The position numbers and the translations under genes are program-made. From assembly GCA_964016885.1 (NCBI GenBank), contig OZ024740.1, positions 348,378,001-348,442,000 on the forward strand: a DNA stretch of 64,000 nt, written 5' to 3'. This document shows positions 27,895 through 42,070 of this stretch, piece after piece. This stretch comes from Eledone cirrhosa (Eukaryota). How positions within the stretch are numbered: the stretch's first letter is position 1; each line of letters begins with the position of its first letter. The notes beneath the pieces were generated by a model. It was not told the DNA's origin and did no database searches. It saw nothing but the letters and a program-made list of their open reading frames with translations.

Positions 27895-30360
27895 TTGGTT
27901 TTGAGAGCCACTATGCTTATCAAAGATCACCTTCCTATGTCTACTAAGAACATACCCATACCACCTAAAGATACATATGAAAACTTATTGATCAATAGTG
28001 TCAACTCTTTTATCAATAGAGTGAGATGGAGGACATTCCATTACGATAGAAAACGTTCAGACAAAAACAGGGATACGAACAACTTCGACAATTATGGCTT
28101 TAAAACATTTAAAAGCCCTCCCAACAACACATTATTAAACTCATTTGAAGATGATCTAATTAAACTAGTTAAGATCATAAAATACAAAAAACATCATAAT
28201 AGAAACAACACCTTCTTAAACTACTTTAACTCCACTTTTAAAGGACTTAATGAAAATAGAAAAATCATAGTGCATGCAGATAAAACTAATAATATATATA
28301 GCTTAGATTACGTTACTTATAGAAAATTTATATATAAGGAACTGGATAAGAGCTACAAGAAAACTACTACTAAAAACCTGGAAGTATAAATATTGAAGGC
28401 CGTAATATAGTGAGTAAATTAGGACTTCAGAGACATACACAGCCACACACCCCTAATCCCCCAAGATTCTCTCTGAAGGACCACAAGGAAGACTTCATTA
28501 GTAACCCTTCAATTAGACTGATTTGTTCTTCCAAGTCTGACATTGGTATTATCAGCAAGAAAATATTGGATAAAATCATCCCACAATTTAAGCACAAAAT
28601 TTACCTTAACCAATGGGGAAATAGGGGTGAGGTTATTGAATGGTTCAAGTGTATTAAAGAGTATAAAAATAAAAAATGTATACAATTTGATATCAATTCA
28701 TACTACACCTCTATTTCCCCTTTCCTATTAAATAAGGCTCTAATTATGGCCATGAACAATAGTGACCTGACTAGATCCCAAATTGATGTCATACTTGCGG
28801 CCCGAAAAACCCAAATTTCTTTTGAAGATCAATTATGGACCCGCAAGGATACGCATAACAACTTTGACATAACCATGGGATCTAGTGACTCGGCGCAGGT
28901 CACCGATTTGGTGGGCCTATACCAACTTAATGAAATCCACAAGAACCTACCCTACCTCAACGGTGGTTTATACCGCGATGATGCGCTTCTTCTTATAGAC
29001 TATAACAAATTTAATATAGAAAAACTAGGAAACAGTTACACAAAATTTTCAAAAACTACAACTTAAGTATCACCTTAGATAAAAACACTAAAAACGTCAA
29101 CTTCCTTGACGCTACGCTTAGCCTAGACTCTAGAGTATACACACCCTATCATAAACCTAACGAAAAACTAATTTATGTGAACACCAACTCTAACCACCCT
29201 AAATCCATATTTAACTCCATTACCAAAGAATATCTAATAGAATCTCTAATCTATCATATAATGAAACTATATTCAACAATAATTCACAATACTATAATGA
29301 GGCCTTAGCTAAATCAGGACATAAGAATGAGATTGAATTCCTACCTATAAAATCACATAGTTACAACATTATTTCTCATAATATGGCCATGAGGAAAACT
29401 AGTAAAAATAATAGCCACTATAACTCTAAGACGAAGGCTGATATCAAACTTAACTCGCACCAAAGTAACACCACAATAATAATACAAACATGAATATAAA
29501 TACCTAAAATAACAATACTATAAACAAAAATAGAAGGAGAACTAATACATTCTTCAATCCTCATTTCAATCTAAACGTCTCTACCAACTTGCCTACGGCT
29601 TTCTTCTCAATCTTAGAAAGAAACTTCCCAACCGGCAACAAGTACCATAGCCTTATCAATAAAAATACAATTAAAATATCGTACTCCACCACACCTAACA
29701 TAACATACCATATAGCTAGTAGTAATAAAAGGAAGATTAATAGCTATTTCAACTAATTAAAACACAACAGGGGTTAACTTAGCACCTGTAAACAATGGTA
29801 GTAATAATGGTAATAATGATAATAACACTAATGAAATCAATAACAATACGAGTGATAGGCATCATTACCCTAATGCTATCCCTAGCAACCAGAATTCTTC
29901 ACAACATAGGAACCGGCAAGCTAACACCCAGAATAAATGTAACTGTAGAACTAATAGAACTTGCCCCTTAGGTAATAATTGCTTAACCAAGACATCATCT
30001 ACTCATCCACCGTCGACGCAAACAACTCTTCTAAAACATATATAGGTTCTACTTGGAACAACTTCAAGACGAGATACAACTCGCACCTCTACTCTTTCAA
30101 AAAACACAATATAACCAGCTCCACTTCTTTATCTACCTACATACACTCTCTGAAAAGTAGGAATAGACCATTTACACTGCAATGGGAAGTAGTAGGTAGG
30201 GCCTCATCGTATAAACCACCGAATAAATTGTGTAATCTCTGCCTTCTGGAGACCCATACTATAATCTTTCGAAACTAGACCTCCTTAATAGAAAGTCTGA
30301 GACATTTTCCTCGTGCCAACATCGGTACCGACACTCATTCCATAACTTTAAACCTAGCTG
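27895..30360 (+). mobile_element. Near full-length Penelope-like retroelement ORF (Naiad-type RT + C-terminal GIY-YIG), disrupted by frameshifts
   Basis: KNIPIPPK..RVRWRTF..YGFKT..PP, ADKT, QFDINSYYTSI, FDITMGSSDSAQVTDLVGLY, GLYRDD, VNFLD..PYHKPN..YVN..SNHP, FNPHFN, CNCRTNRTCPLGNNC, IIY..TYIGST..FKTRY..H, CNLCLLE..LNRKSE..CQH. Confidence 0.9.
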
Positions 30361-31655
30361 TTAGTATACAACAATGTCAGATTTGAATCCCCCACCACCA
30401 TTAACACTACACATCTAGGACTTAGCAGCACCCACAACCACAAACCCCTCGAACAACTCTCTCCGCTACACAACTCCTATTCATCTATAAACTTATGCTC
30501 TGCAATAACAGTTAGAATTAGACATAGAGTTACCACCTTGTGATATAACTACAATAGATTAATTATGTCATATGCAGTAATGGATATTTGGCACTTGGTA
30601 TGTAGAGACATTTAATGAAATGTATGATGATAGACTATATGTGCATTTATGGTTGTATAAGTAAATCATTAAATTGCACAACATAATATATGCATTTATA
30701 ATTAAATATAAAATGTGATAGCATTCTACGTTAGGGATGATGTTATTGCACATGTAGCATATCTATTATGACATATTAACAGCTGTATGATCCTTCATGA
30801 CATACACCTTGTCCAGGAATGAATAGATAACAATCTAAAGAAACCTTTAAAATTGATAGTAGAATACACTATATTGTAAAATCAAGCATTACAGGGTTAA
30901 GTAACAGAGAATCAATGGTATTAGAACAAAGAATTTTAATAACTGAACTGAACTTAATTAGCTAGTGACCTCCCCTTACTCATTAGCTCCCCTTATTCAC
31001 TTCCGGAAATTAACGATTGAAAATTTAACGGTTGATCAAATATAGTCTCTGAATATGAATTCATTAAGACTAATTTACAATCCATTGTTCAAATTACTTA
31101 AAACACTCAATATAAACACCAACTAAAGTTTATTTCAACATATGTCATGGAAAAGTCTGCAAAAACTGTATGTTTCTCAACACACATTAATTCGAACACC
31201 ATAAACATCCAACACCCACCATAGACTCTAATACATTAACACAATTGCTTTAACTGCAGTATTTATTCATCTATATATGCATAATAGCTTTGCTTGTCTC
31301 CTTCTCGTGTATATGACTTACGCAGTCACAATATCCACAAGCCTGCATATGAATTGTTATCGCACTCTTCCTTTCTCAAAACTGCTTCCTCAATGCCTCT
31401 TTAATATTTGGACTGTTCCCTTGTTTTAACATGTATTCCACTCCGTGCTTTTGATTTTGATTTTGATTTTGATTTAATTTTGATTTTAATTTTAATTTGA
31501 ACTTGAATGCTTGTACAATTATTGTAAAATTCTCGGAAAATATATGTCGCATCCATTCCACCCTGTAAATACGAAACTGTTGCTCACAACATCAATTTAT
31601 ATGTATCTATATTATTGTTCAGTTGAATAGGAGGTTAATTGTATGTGCAAACATT

Positions 31656-31712
31656 GATAATGCTCCGATGACTCCAAACAAGAGTTTGGAAGAAACGATT
31701 ATCAGCTATTAA
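31656..31712 (+). ncRNA. Minimal hammerhead ribozyme motif in the PLE pLTR (mirror copy on minus strand, ~25917-25971)
   Basis: uaaugcu-CCGAUGA-cuccaaac(aaga)guuuggaa-GAAA-cgauu-AUC-agcuauua; the mirror copy has a GAGA loop and GUC triplet. Confidence 0.65.
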
Positions 31713-31763
31713 ATGATTTAAGCACAACTGTGATGATTGTATAATTTATATATATATATATAA

Positions 31764-31814
<51 letters not shown>

Positions 31815-32159
31815 TATCACCCTTCAATGTTTGAAAACCTTACTCATATATATACTTCGTTTTTGAATTTGTTTGGCAAGATTATATATCTGAAAACGTG
31901 TGTTGAAACATATATTGTTATACATTGGGAGGGTCATGCTACCAATGAAAACAACACACAAAAACAAGATGGACAGAACATAGGAGAGACACAAAATAAA
32001 ACCTAGTAACTCAGGAGGGCACAGAATCGGGGACGAAAGAGATTTGACAATATACAAACAACCAACCCGTTATCCAACCAACCAACCAAAATGAAATTTA
32101 TAATAAATTGAAGTGAAAACCAACAGGTGCGTGTGTTTTTAATGGCAGCAAGTATAACA

Positions 32160-32261
<102 letters not shown>

Positions 32262-32380
32262 TTGTGTGTGTGTCTCCCGGAATCTATCGGTAAGTAAGGT
32301 ACTCAATACATAGCAGAGTATAAATATTCAATATACAAATGACTTCTACAGTTATAGTCCTACAAAAGCCATTTCTATTT

Positions 32381-32513
<133 letters not shown>

Positions 32514-32542
32514 GTACGTATGTGTATGTGAGAGAGAGAGAG

Positions 32543-32582
<40 letters not shown>

Positions 32583-32583
32583 T

Positions 32584-32622
<39 letters not shown>

Positions 32623-34399
32623 TGTGTGTGTGTGTGTGCGCGTGTGTGCGTGTGTGTGTAAAACATCAAAGTTGTAAACAAAAAATAAAAAAACGAAATG
32701 GTCCGAATAAAAAAACAACTAACTTTATCATCAGCCCTCGCCTTGCCCTTGGGAAATTCACTTTAGTGAATAAGGATGAAGGATGGCATTGCATAATATG
32801 GAGTCCAGGTTTTATGACGGGCTTAAAATAAGCCGCTGGAAAGATGCATATGAGTGAAATATACAAAATATATTTTTTTACTAGGACAGCATAGTGTACC
32901 TAAACAAATAACAATAAAATGATCACGAATAAATATACAAACCGGACATGATGCACATAAGTTGAGCAAATGGTAATGCTGGTGTGTGCGTGAGTGTGCC
33001 TCTTTCTCTTTGTTTGTATGTTGTGTGTGTCTTGGTGTATGCGTGTGTTTGTGTGTGGATGGGTGCGTGCATACACATAGATATATAGCTATACCTGACC
33101 CGAAAGAAATTACCACTGTTTCTAAGGAGACAACTTATTTTGCCATTAACAAATTTGCAATCATTTTTTATTTAACATTTCTAAATGCAGTTGTGACATC
33201 AAATGACAAATCCATAATTATCTTAGCAAATGATACTTGACCCCATCCTTTTATCTCCAACACATCGGAATCGTATTTATTGAGATGTTTTTAAAATAAT
33301 GCCGTGCAAAGTCCCTGGGAATTCCTAATTATTATTTCTTCTTATATTGTATAGTTTATTCAGACAGAATTGTGGTTCTGATTTGCTTTCAAGCTTTGGA
33401 GTTTATAACCATGTTTGAATTATTAAGGATTCCTGCATACATAATTCGTTCTGTTTCTGTCTTGGGATTGAAATTTATTCGCCTTCCTGATTCTTTGATT
33501 GACAATATCTATTAACATAGGGTACACATGATTAACTTTTTAATGTTAGAAATAAAGTGGAAACTATATCTCTAGCAATAAAAGACATAACTCTACTAGA
33601 TATATCTTCCGCACTCTTAATTACTTTTTGCCTCGGGTGTACTATTTGTCATTTTGTAACCTTACTTTAAAATAAAATGAAAACTCCTAAGTATTTTCCC
33701 TCTTCACCACATCTAACCCAATTGTAGTAAATTCTAATATTGAAAGTCATGCTCCACTTTTTTTTATTAAGAAATCACCCTATTATTCCTTTTGTTTTTG
33801 CCTGAGTTTTGCTTTTAAGAAACTTATATTGCTAAACGTGGAAGGAAGGTAGCTGATATACATTTTAAAAGCAATAATGTATTTTTAATGACAAGAAACC
33901 ATGTTTTACTGTTAACATACTATATTCACTGTTATATTAACTTGATTTCTTTTCCTACTTGCGTTTCTCTTTACAATGAGTTAGTATATACATTTTAACA
34001 ATGTAAGAACGACTTTACTAATAGTTGTCTCGACTGTAGCATATTTACGTTCATCGTGAATTTCGTAGGATAACAATTGCCTCAGCCTTCACCATCTTTC
34101 CTTTTTTTAATATTCTTTATATATAACCCCATTTTCCGGTATGTCGCTTGAAATGTAGAGTATCATGGTGAGTGATTTCGCTGTTGTTTCTAACTGATAG
34201 AATGACTGCATAGATATTTCTCTCCAGCAAACGAGGCACACGTAACAGAGGACACAGGTCTACGTATTCAGCAGAGTAAATTGAAGCCTATAGATCCAAC
34301 CCCCATCCATTGATACAAAGAAACCACTTCACGAAGACTTGAACTAATAACCGTATCTATTAAATGTAGTGTTATATATATATATATATATATATATAG

Positions 34400-34498
<99 letters not shown>

Positions 34499-35372
34499 TT
34501 AAAATAACAGATTAAAGTTTAAGCAAAGAATCGCTGCTTTCACCCTTAACGGGATCTTCTGAAACTAACTGTAGGAATCGGGTTGATTGCCCCTATCCGA
34601 GAAATGCCTCTCTAGTAACATTGTCTACAAATGTAAGGTTGAAACACCCACGTCCCGTAGGGCCTACATAGGGTTAACCGACAATAGATTCAAGCAGCGT
34701 CTTTACATGCATACCCATTCTTTTCCTTACCCTCTAAGAAGGAATATGACGTCACTTTCAGCTTATATCTGGAGTCTAAAAGACAACCACACCCAATATA
34801 AGTTACACTCGGAGATCCTTGCTAGGTCTAGATCGTATAACAGAAATAAAAGACCATGTGACCTCTGCGCTAGGCCCTGGAAATACTCTACGCCACAGAC
34901 CACATCTTAAACAAAAAATCTGAGGCAATTTCGGCTTGTAAACATATATTGCATAAAACCTTCCTGTATTACAACCCCACATTATACCCTAACGGATAGT
35001 ACGATCTATACGTGGATATTTTACGTCTTGATGTGGTAGCTAAGTATATGTTATGTTTATACCATTACTTATTTGCATAGGTAAGTATATATTACCTGTA
35101 TGTTTTGTGAAGGGAACGTTTCCACGAACCAAAGTATCGTCTTCCTGTCTTCCTCCGGATGCAACGTTTTTTTAAATATCCACTTCCGCGTTTACAGATT
35201 GACGTTGTTAGTTTCAGAAGATCCCGTTAAGGGTGAAAGCAGCGATTCTTTGCTTAAACTTTAATCTGTTATTTTAATAAATATTTGCTCTACGGTTCTT
35301 ATATATTTGATATATATTTATCCTTATCGAGCCCTCTTTGGATTTTAGTCTTCAAATTTATTATTATTACTA
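34499..35372 (+). mobile_element. 5'-truncated Naiad-type PLE: GIY-YIG remnant between perfect 71-bp inverted arms, plus 3' tail, inside (TA)n
   Basis: NCRNRVDCPLSEKCLSSNIVYKC..AYIGLT..FKQRLY.H..CDLC..ILNKKSEAISACKH; arms 34499-34569 and 35207-35277 are exact reverse complements. Confidence 0.88.
35211..35255 (+). ncRNA. Hammerhead-like motif with variant core (CAGAAGA)
   Basis: CAGAAGA-ucccguuaagggu-GAAA; stem II resembles the 22876 motif; stems I and III not clean. Confidence 0.35.
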
Positions 35373-36066
35373 CATATATATATATATATATATATATAAG
35401 GAAAAGAATGAAACGAAATTTCATTTCTCACTCTTAGTACGGCTGATACCTAAATATAAGTATTTATACGTACATACATATATGTGTAAGCATTAGGGCG
35501 GGTTTGACTCAAATCATCCACAAATCCAATAATTTAATCAGGAAATGCATAGAATGTCACCGTACGTGATAAGAACACCATCTCCAAACATTAAGTTTTT
35601 GCTTGGACCAAACTCCGTCAAATGAAACAAAACTGATGGAAAGGAAAGCAAACGCCCTCCGAGAGGCAAGTGACAATATTGATTAAAAATCCTTTTATCG
35701 GTTTCATAAATTAAAACTGTCATCGGACAATTGTCCAAAAGCAAGACTCCAAATAATGTTGGCCTTCCAACTGAAGTGTACAGGTATGGGATCAACCTCT
35801 GGTGTCATAACTCTTTGAGATCTTAACATGTGTATGTGAGTGAGTTTCTGTATCACAGCTGTTTAAAAAGCCCTCAATTGCTAGCGGAGCGGCCATGTTT
35901 ACACTGTAACAGCGGTAGGAAAACTAACGCGATGAATCCCAAATACATGTTATGGCAAAAGTGCGGATAATGTTCTATGTATATATATATATTACCCTCT
36001 CTACTACCCTAAGTCGAGCACTCTGGTGCGTTATATTCCTCGCGGTTTCTTACCACACTTTCTTTG

Positions 36067-36099
<33 letters not shown>

Positions 36100-37269
36100 C
36101 GGGAAGTGGGAATGGCTATCGCATAGTAATTTAGCTATTTAGCTAGACATAATTTTGAAATGCTATATTAGCCATTAACACAGTAACATATAAGATCGTC
36201 GTTTTCATTACTATGACATGATCTTGAAGTTTATGACCGATATTATTTATTAAGAGCAGACTATGACATTTTTATGTAATTGATTAACTCCTATCAAGAA
36301 AGAGTCAGCCAAATTAAGTTATGTATGACATTAATGTCAATGTAAAAAAAAAAAAAAAAAATTTATCCTACATAAATATTTATGTGGGAGAGATTTATGT
36401 ACGAGAGAAAACAGCATGTACATTTGTCTCGTCTGAGCACCAGACTAATGCATTTAGTGGCGACCATATAAAAGAATGACACGAGCATAGATCAGTAGCG
36501 CTAATGTCAAGCAAATCAAATCTATTTTACAAAAGATTTCTCTGGTCTGAGAGCAAATTGAATAATATGCCATGTGAAAATTTCATTTCTAAAAATGAGC
36601 AAAAAACAGTAAGTGGCTATACTTACTGTATTACTTTAACACATTTATAACGGCAGTGTGCTATCAAAAACATGCTCGCATTGTTTATGTTTGTTAATAT
36701 CATAATTTCGATAGTACTATACTTCAAGCCATTACAAATGAAAAGTATTAGTACTTAAAGAGGTACTGAAATTAATGACCGCACAGTTGATTAATTGGCT
36801 CAATCGGTGTCATCACTACTGCACAGAGAACGTATGTGCAGCTACCATTTTTATTATACTACAATACAGATATAATCTAATCGTTGTGGTTGTAAATGTT
36901 ATTATTATTATTCATATGTTCAGTGACTATTAGATAATAGCCAGACTCATATTGGAAGACTCACTACAAAAGGGAATGGGAAATGTTTAGAAATTATTTC
37001 ATAGAATGATGAGGAGTTGTGACGATTTGTAGTATCGCATTCAATGGAATGTTTCCATCGTTCGAATGCCTCGGAGATTGGTTTTAATAATATCCACGAG
37101 CAAAACTATCATTAGAACCTGGAATCAAAAATGCGATCCTTGCTCAAACGGTCAACTTACATAAAAAGTAAACAGGTTGCTTTTCATTATTTACTTTCGT
37201 CACTGTACATCTGCAATGAACGTTCGGCTGTTAACACTGCTTTCATGTTTCCGAGAGGAATGAAATATG

Positions 37270-38030
37270 GCTTGTAGCCAATCTATGAATACTATCATTA
37301 TGTAGTTATGTGTATATAATTCTTACCATTTGTGTGCATTTGAGACTTACAGGGTATATTTGCTTTCTCTCACCATATTCGGGCTCTCTTTTACTCAGCT
37401 CGAGCAAAGAAAGAAGGCCACTAAAGTGCAAAAGGTTACTGAATAGGGAGGTCAAGATAGAGTGAACATAATTCAAGGAGTGGGAAGACGACAGTTGATA
37501 TTGCATCTTTGTAAAAATTAGTGGTTGGGAAAGCAAGAAACTGGAAGATAATTCCGTATGCGAGGTATGTGGACGATGAAACTATCAGAATAGAATTTGT
37601 ATTTAGAAATTTCAACTACAAATTGATGAGACCTAGTTGCCAATCTGGTGCCCCGTTGAAGTTCGTGAACACGGGGAGATAAAGCGGGATGCTCATCATA
37701 ATAATTGGCATGAAAATATTCATATAAAAGGTAAAGAAAAGCAATATTTCAACGGTGCGATAGTGATCGAAGCTAACACGATAAGTCAGATCCAATGATG
37801 TTGAAGATTCTCTTTTTGATCTTATCTAAACTCTCAAGATGCTCGGAAAAACACTGCATGAGATGTGGCAACATTACTAATACAATGAGGCATGGTAGAT
37901 TTATATTTATATAAAATGTTTTCAGGCATGAACATGTTTTGGCACGAACCAACTTTCTGGGCAGCACATTTGGCAATCGATGTGATATAATTATTCCAAC
38001 TCAAAATATTGTAGAATGTCATAGCAAGAA
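37270..38030 (-). mobile_element. Decayed 3' end of a CR1/L2/RTEX-like LINE ORF2
   Basis: SWNNYITSIAKCAAQKVG..LYKYKST..LESLDKIKKRIFNIIG..LRSLSHR..SF..NYLP..FP. Confidence 0.6.
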
Positions 38031-38064
38031 TGCGAAAATGATTCTCTATGGCGATTACAATAAT

Positions 38065-38247
38065 TGTTTCTACTTTTCGCTCAAGGTCAGCAATTACCCC
38101 AGTGTATTACTGGTACTTTATTTTATCGACCCCGTAAGGATGAAAGGCAAAATTAACCTCGGCGAGATTTGAACTCAGGTCATAAAGGGCCGTAACTCTT
38201 TGATGCAAAGCATGGCGTCAGACCCTCTACCGATACTGACAATCCAC
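38065..38247 (-). mobile_element. tRNA-derived SINE with 13-bp TSD
   Basis: Same core on the reverse strand; TSD cgattacaataat 38052-38064 / 38248-38260. Confidence 0.85.
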
Positions 38248-41200
38248 CGATTACAATAATGCAGTTTAGTCTTAGATAAATTATAGGTAACAAGCCATTT
38301 ATTACTCCAATTCAAAACACATCAAATGTCATATTCAAGATCAAATGCCACTTCAGATTTATCAACTATATCAGATTTACCTAGCAAAAATATAGTTATA
38401 TAGTTTTATATATTTTTACTATGGGTATGACCTGTTATATATTTGTGATTTTTGTATGTTTTGTATTTTATCATTTGCACTGGTTATAAATCATATGTTT
38501 TTATGCTCTCGAAATGCCTAACTTAGTTGAAAACAGGCGATGGAGAAACTATTTACAATCCACCATACCAGAACGTTTTTTCTATCTTAATCACAAACAA
38601 GATTCTACAGAGATTTGAAAATATTCGTCTTATTCTCTGCTATTATGGAAGCACTCGACGACATTATGTTTTAAAAGGTGCAATCATTCTAATCTTGTTA
38701 ATTACTCTCCTATAACACTCTTGTAACACTCCAAACATAATATAAACTGACCTAAACGATAATTACTTTTTTAATCACCTAGAGACAATATCTCCATAAA
38801 TTCTTAGTCAAAATACCAATCTATGATATCAAAGCATCTTCATACCTGGTATCCGAAGTATTTAGTCAGGCATTTCTTTCGTAATATGGATCTAAAAAAG
38901 AAACAAATTGTAAATTGATCTTCCGTTGGTTTCAACAATGTGCATTTGTTCTATCGTATATACTGCAGGTTAAATTAATTACCATTAATTTGACTGGCTG
39001 CACCACGCACTCTTGTAGCCTTGACGTAGGTTACTGGCAAAATGAACGTGATAACGTGTAGCAAAACCAGGTCTTTTGTTTTAGATGTAAATAAATTCGG
39101 TGATGCCACGCAATTCCTTACAACACAATTTTACTGAAAAAGCTTTGATCGACCTGAGGTTATGGTTGAATTCACATGCATAAGAAAAAGAAAACCTGTG
39201 ATCCCATTAATCCGAAAACAACCTGTTAATAACATTACCACGCCAATAGCGTTCTATCAAACCGACATTTATTTGACTCATTCTGACATACAAGTAATTG
39301 ACTCTAATGTGCATCTAGGTTGGATTATTTTCCTCATAATCTTCCTCCTGAACATTAATGTCTACCTTCTACTCTCTAATCCCCTTTAATATATCATTTA
39401 AACATAGAAATACCGTGTCTTACATACAAAAATACAAACACACGTATACACAGTCTCAGAGGCACATACACGTATGCAAATTTGCGCCACTTGTCACTTA
39501 TTTAGGTTTTGTGGAATAGAACGGATGACTGGACCGAAGCGAAATTGCAGCTTTTAATTAAATCCCTTTATATTCTACATTTCAATTCCGCCGACATCAA
39601 CTTTACCTTTGATCTTACAGAAGTCGATAAAAAAGGTTATAGTGGAGTTATGGATGCGACATAATCGATTGCTTCCATTGTCCCAAACTAGATGAAATAT
39701 TGTGCCAATAAACAATAAATCAGAGCGGAACTAATGAAAAGTTAACGTCCGAATAAATGAATTTAAGTTGAACCCCTTAAGTTCTAGGTCCAATTAAATT
39801 AACTCTCCCCTTTCACTTATAAGCATTTGACCTTTTCCCAATATAAGATTCAATCAACAATATTCACGCCTCATATAAGCACATTGTCTATAAAATTGCC
39901 AATATAAAGACATCACTATGATAGCTTTTGATATATTAAAAAGGAATGGGTGTTTGTTCAATGGCGAGGTAAAATATAAGACCGAGTGTTTGAGTAACTA
40001 TACATTTGGAATTATCTGAAGATAATTTCCTGACAGCTATGCGAGAACATACTTTCGCAATAAATATTGGAAAAATCATGAAAAGGAGATAGTGGATCTC
40101 TGAACTTAGGAGAATCGGTTTTACAAATGCTTCTTATCAGAATATGTGTACAATGGCTATTGTAGTGGTTTGTATCGACAGCTAAGTAACAGTGATATAG
40201 GGGGGAAAATAAATGTTTTTATATTTATGAACGCAGCACTTTGGTTCTTTAGCTATTTAACAGTAACAGTAACATAAAGATGTTTTATTTAGGTTGTGAA
40301 TTTGTATGAATAATCAATTATGGATTACGCAATACAGGGAAGAGAAAAAGTTAGTGCTGAATTGTATATGAAAATTGTGCATTAAAGATTGATTAAACTT
40401 CGAGACTACTGAATATGTGGATCTCCAGTCAGGTTATCTGACTGTAGGTTTGACAGTTTATGTTAGTATGGGTTACCTTCATATGATCCAGGAACGGGTT
40501 ACTTAACTGCAAATAGTCTAGTCCACGTTTGGTAAATTTAGAAAGGTACAGTTGACGGATATTAGAAACAGGAATCAAATGTTCTTATATTTGGCAATTA
40601 TTTCATTAATACTTACTTTCAAAATTCGTACATTAATATACGTCCCTCTGTCGCCAGAAAGTGGAAAGTTTCAAGCATTTCCCGTCGTCCTGGTTTGATA
40701 AATTACGCAGTTATTTACAAAATTTGACAGTGTCAACAGATGCAGTAGGCTACAGTTTGTAGTTAATATGGTGAACCAAATGATTAAGTCATAGTAAATA
40801 AGAACACATTCCTGAGTAACGCGGCTTCTCTTTAAATACGCTAAAAGCTTTATAGTTGATCTCTATCGATGAACCATACAACATATTAATAAAGAAGGTA
40901 TTATTGTTCATGAAGAATTTCCTGTTTTGCTCAAAATTATTTGCCACATCGGTTTAGTGGAAGAGCATACGTAAGAGTGAGTTTATCTTCATGTTCATTT
41001 TTTGTCGCTCTAAAAGTACCTAGTTATTACTAAAAAGGGTATTCAAATATGGTTAAATGTATACGAACTATTTAACGACTTGTTTCACGCAGCGCCAACG
41101 TCATTTTTATTTCGGAGTAGGGAGTCACAAGAAACTAGTAGAAAATGCCCGGATCGTGACTCATGCATTATCATCAGATCAGAGACACTGTCCAAATTCT

Positions 41201-41763
41201 TATAGCAGAGAGCACTCTGCTAAATGCCATGACGAAACTAGAACTGGTGCAAATGGGACAACGGGTTAGATTTACTAGGCAAGAAAGGATACTATTCGAA
41301 GTGCTTCTGTACACGTTTGCGAAACGTTATTTCTCTCACACAGACTTCTGAGCAAAATCTGTATAGGAAGCTATGGAAATATAATGTTCCAACATTACAA
41401 ACAGGGGTATGGAAGCCAGAAAACATCGTCATCAGCCTTGGCCTCAGTGTTTGATTATGAAAATATATTCAAATCGATATATAGTTATCATGGTGATAAG
41501 TGGTATATAAATTACAAGATTGTAACAAATTAGTTTAACTTGTAAGAACTATTTTCAGAAAAATATTCTCTCATATTGACGATTTCCTTGGCATTTACTT
41601 AGATAATATATTGTAATAGTCTTTATACTTAAATAATTCAATATGCATAAAATGCAAGGAACGTGAATACAGGAAGAGATTGATTTACACAGACACATAC
41701 GCACGCACACACATACATACATATATACATACATGCCTGCACACACGCACACATATATAAATA

Positions 41764-41828
<65 letters not shown>

Positions 41829-42070
41829 TTCGTTTCTGAATTTGTTTAGCAAGATTCTTTATCTGAAAACGTGTGTTGAAACCGATATTGTTATGCTTTG
41901 GGAGGGACATGTTGCCAATAAGAAACACACGCACCAGTTGCTTTCACTTCAATTTATTATAAATTAAATTTATAAATTTAAGAATTTATAAATTTAATTT
42001 ATAATAAATTGAAGTGAAAGCAACTGGTGCGTGTGTTTCTTATTGGCAACATGACCCTCCCAAAGCATAA
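41829..42070. repeat. Near-perfect 180-bp palindrome plus tail in (TA)n; family relatives at ~4440-4715 and ~31855-32160
   Basis: 88-bp arms 41891-41978 / 41983-42070, 4-nt loop, 1 mismatch; shared gtgcgtgtgttt..tggca.ca motif. Confidence 0.88.

Larger units (their letters stand above)
25879..31749. repeat. ~770-bp inverted repeat pair (25879-26653 / 30982-31749): the pLTR/3' region of the Naiad-type PLE
   Basis: Reverse-complement match throughout, e.g. ttccggaagtgaataaggggagctaat vs attagctccccttattcacttccggaa; right copy ends in (TA)n. Confidence 0.92.

Noticed and set aside
29930-30330. Selenocysteine (in-frame UGA) in the Naiad Cys motifs, as reported for some Naiads
   Set aside because: The Cys positions read in the three endonuclease remnants are TGT/TGC (one TAC); no in-frame TGA seen
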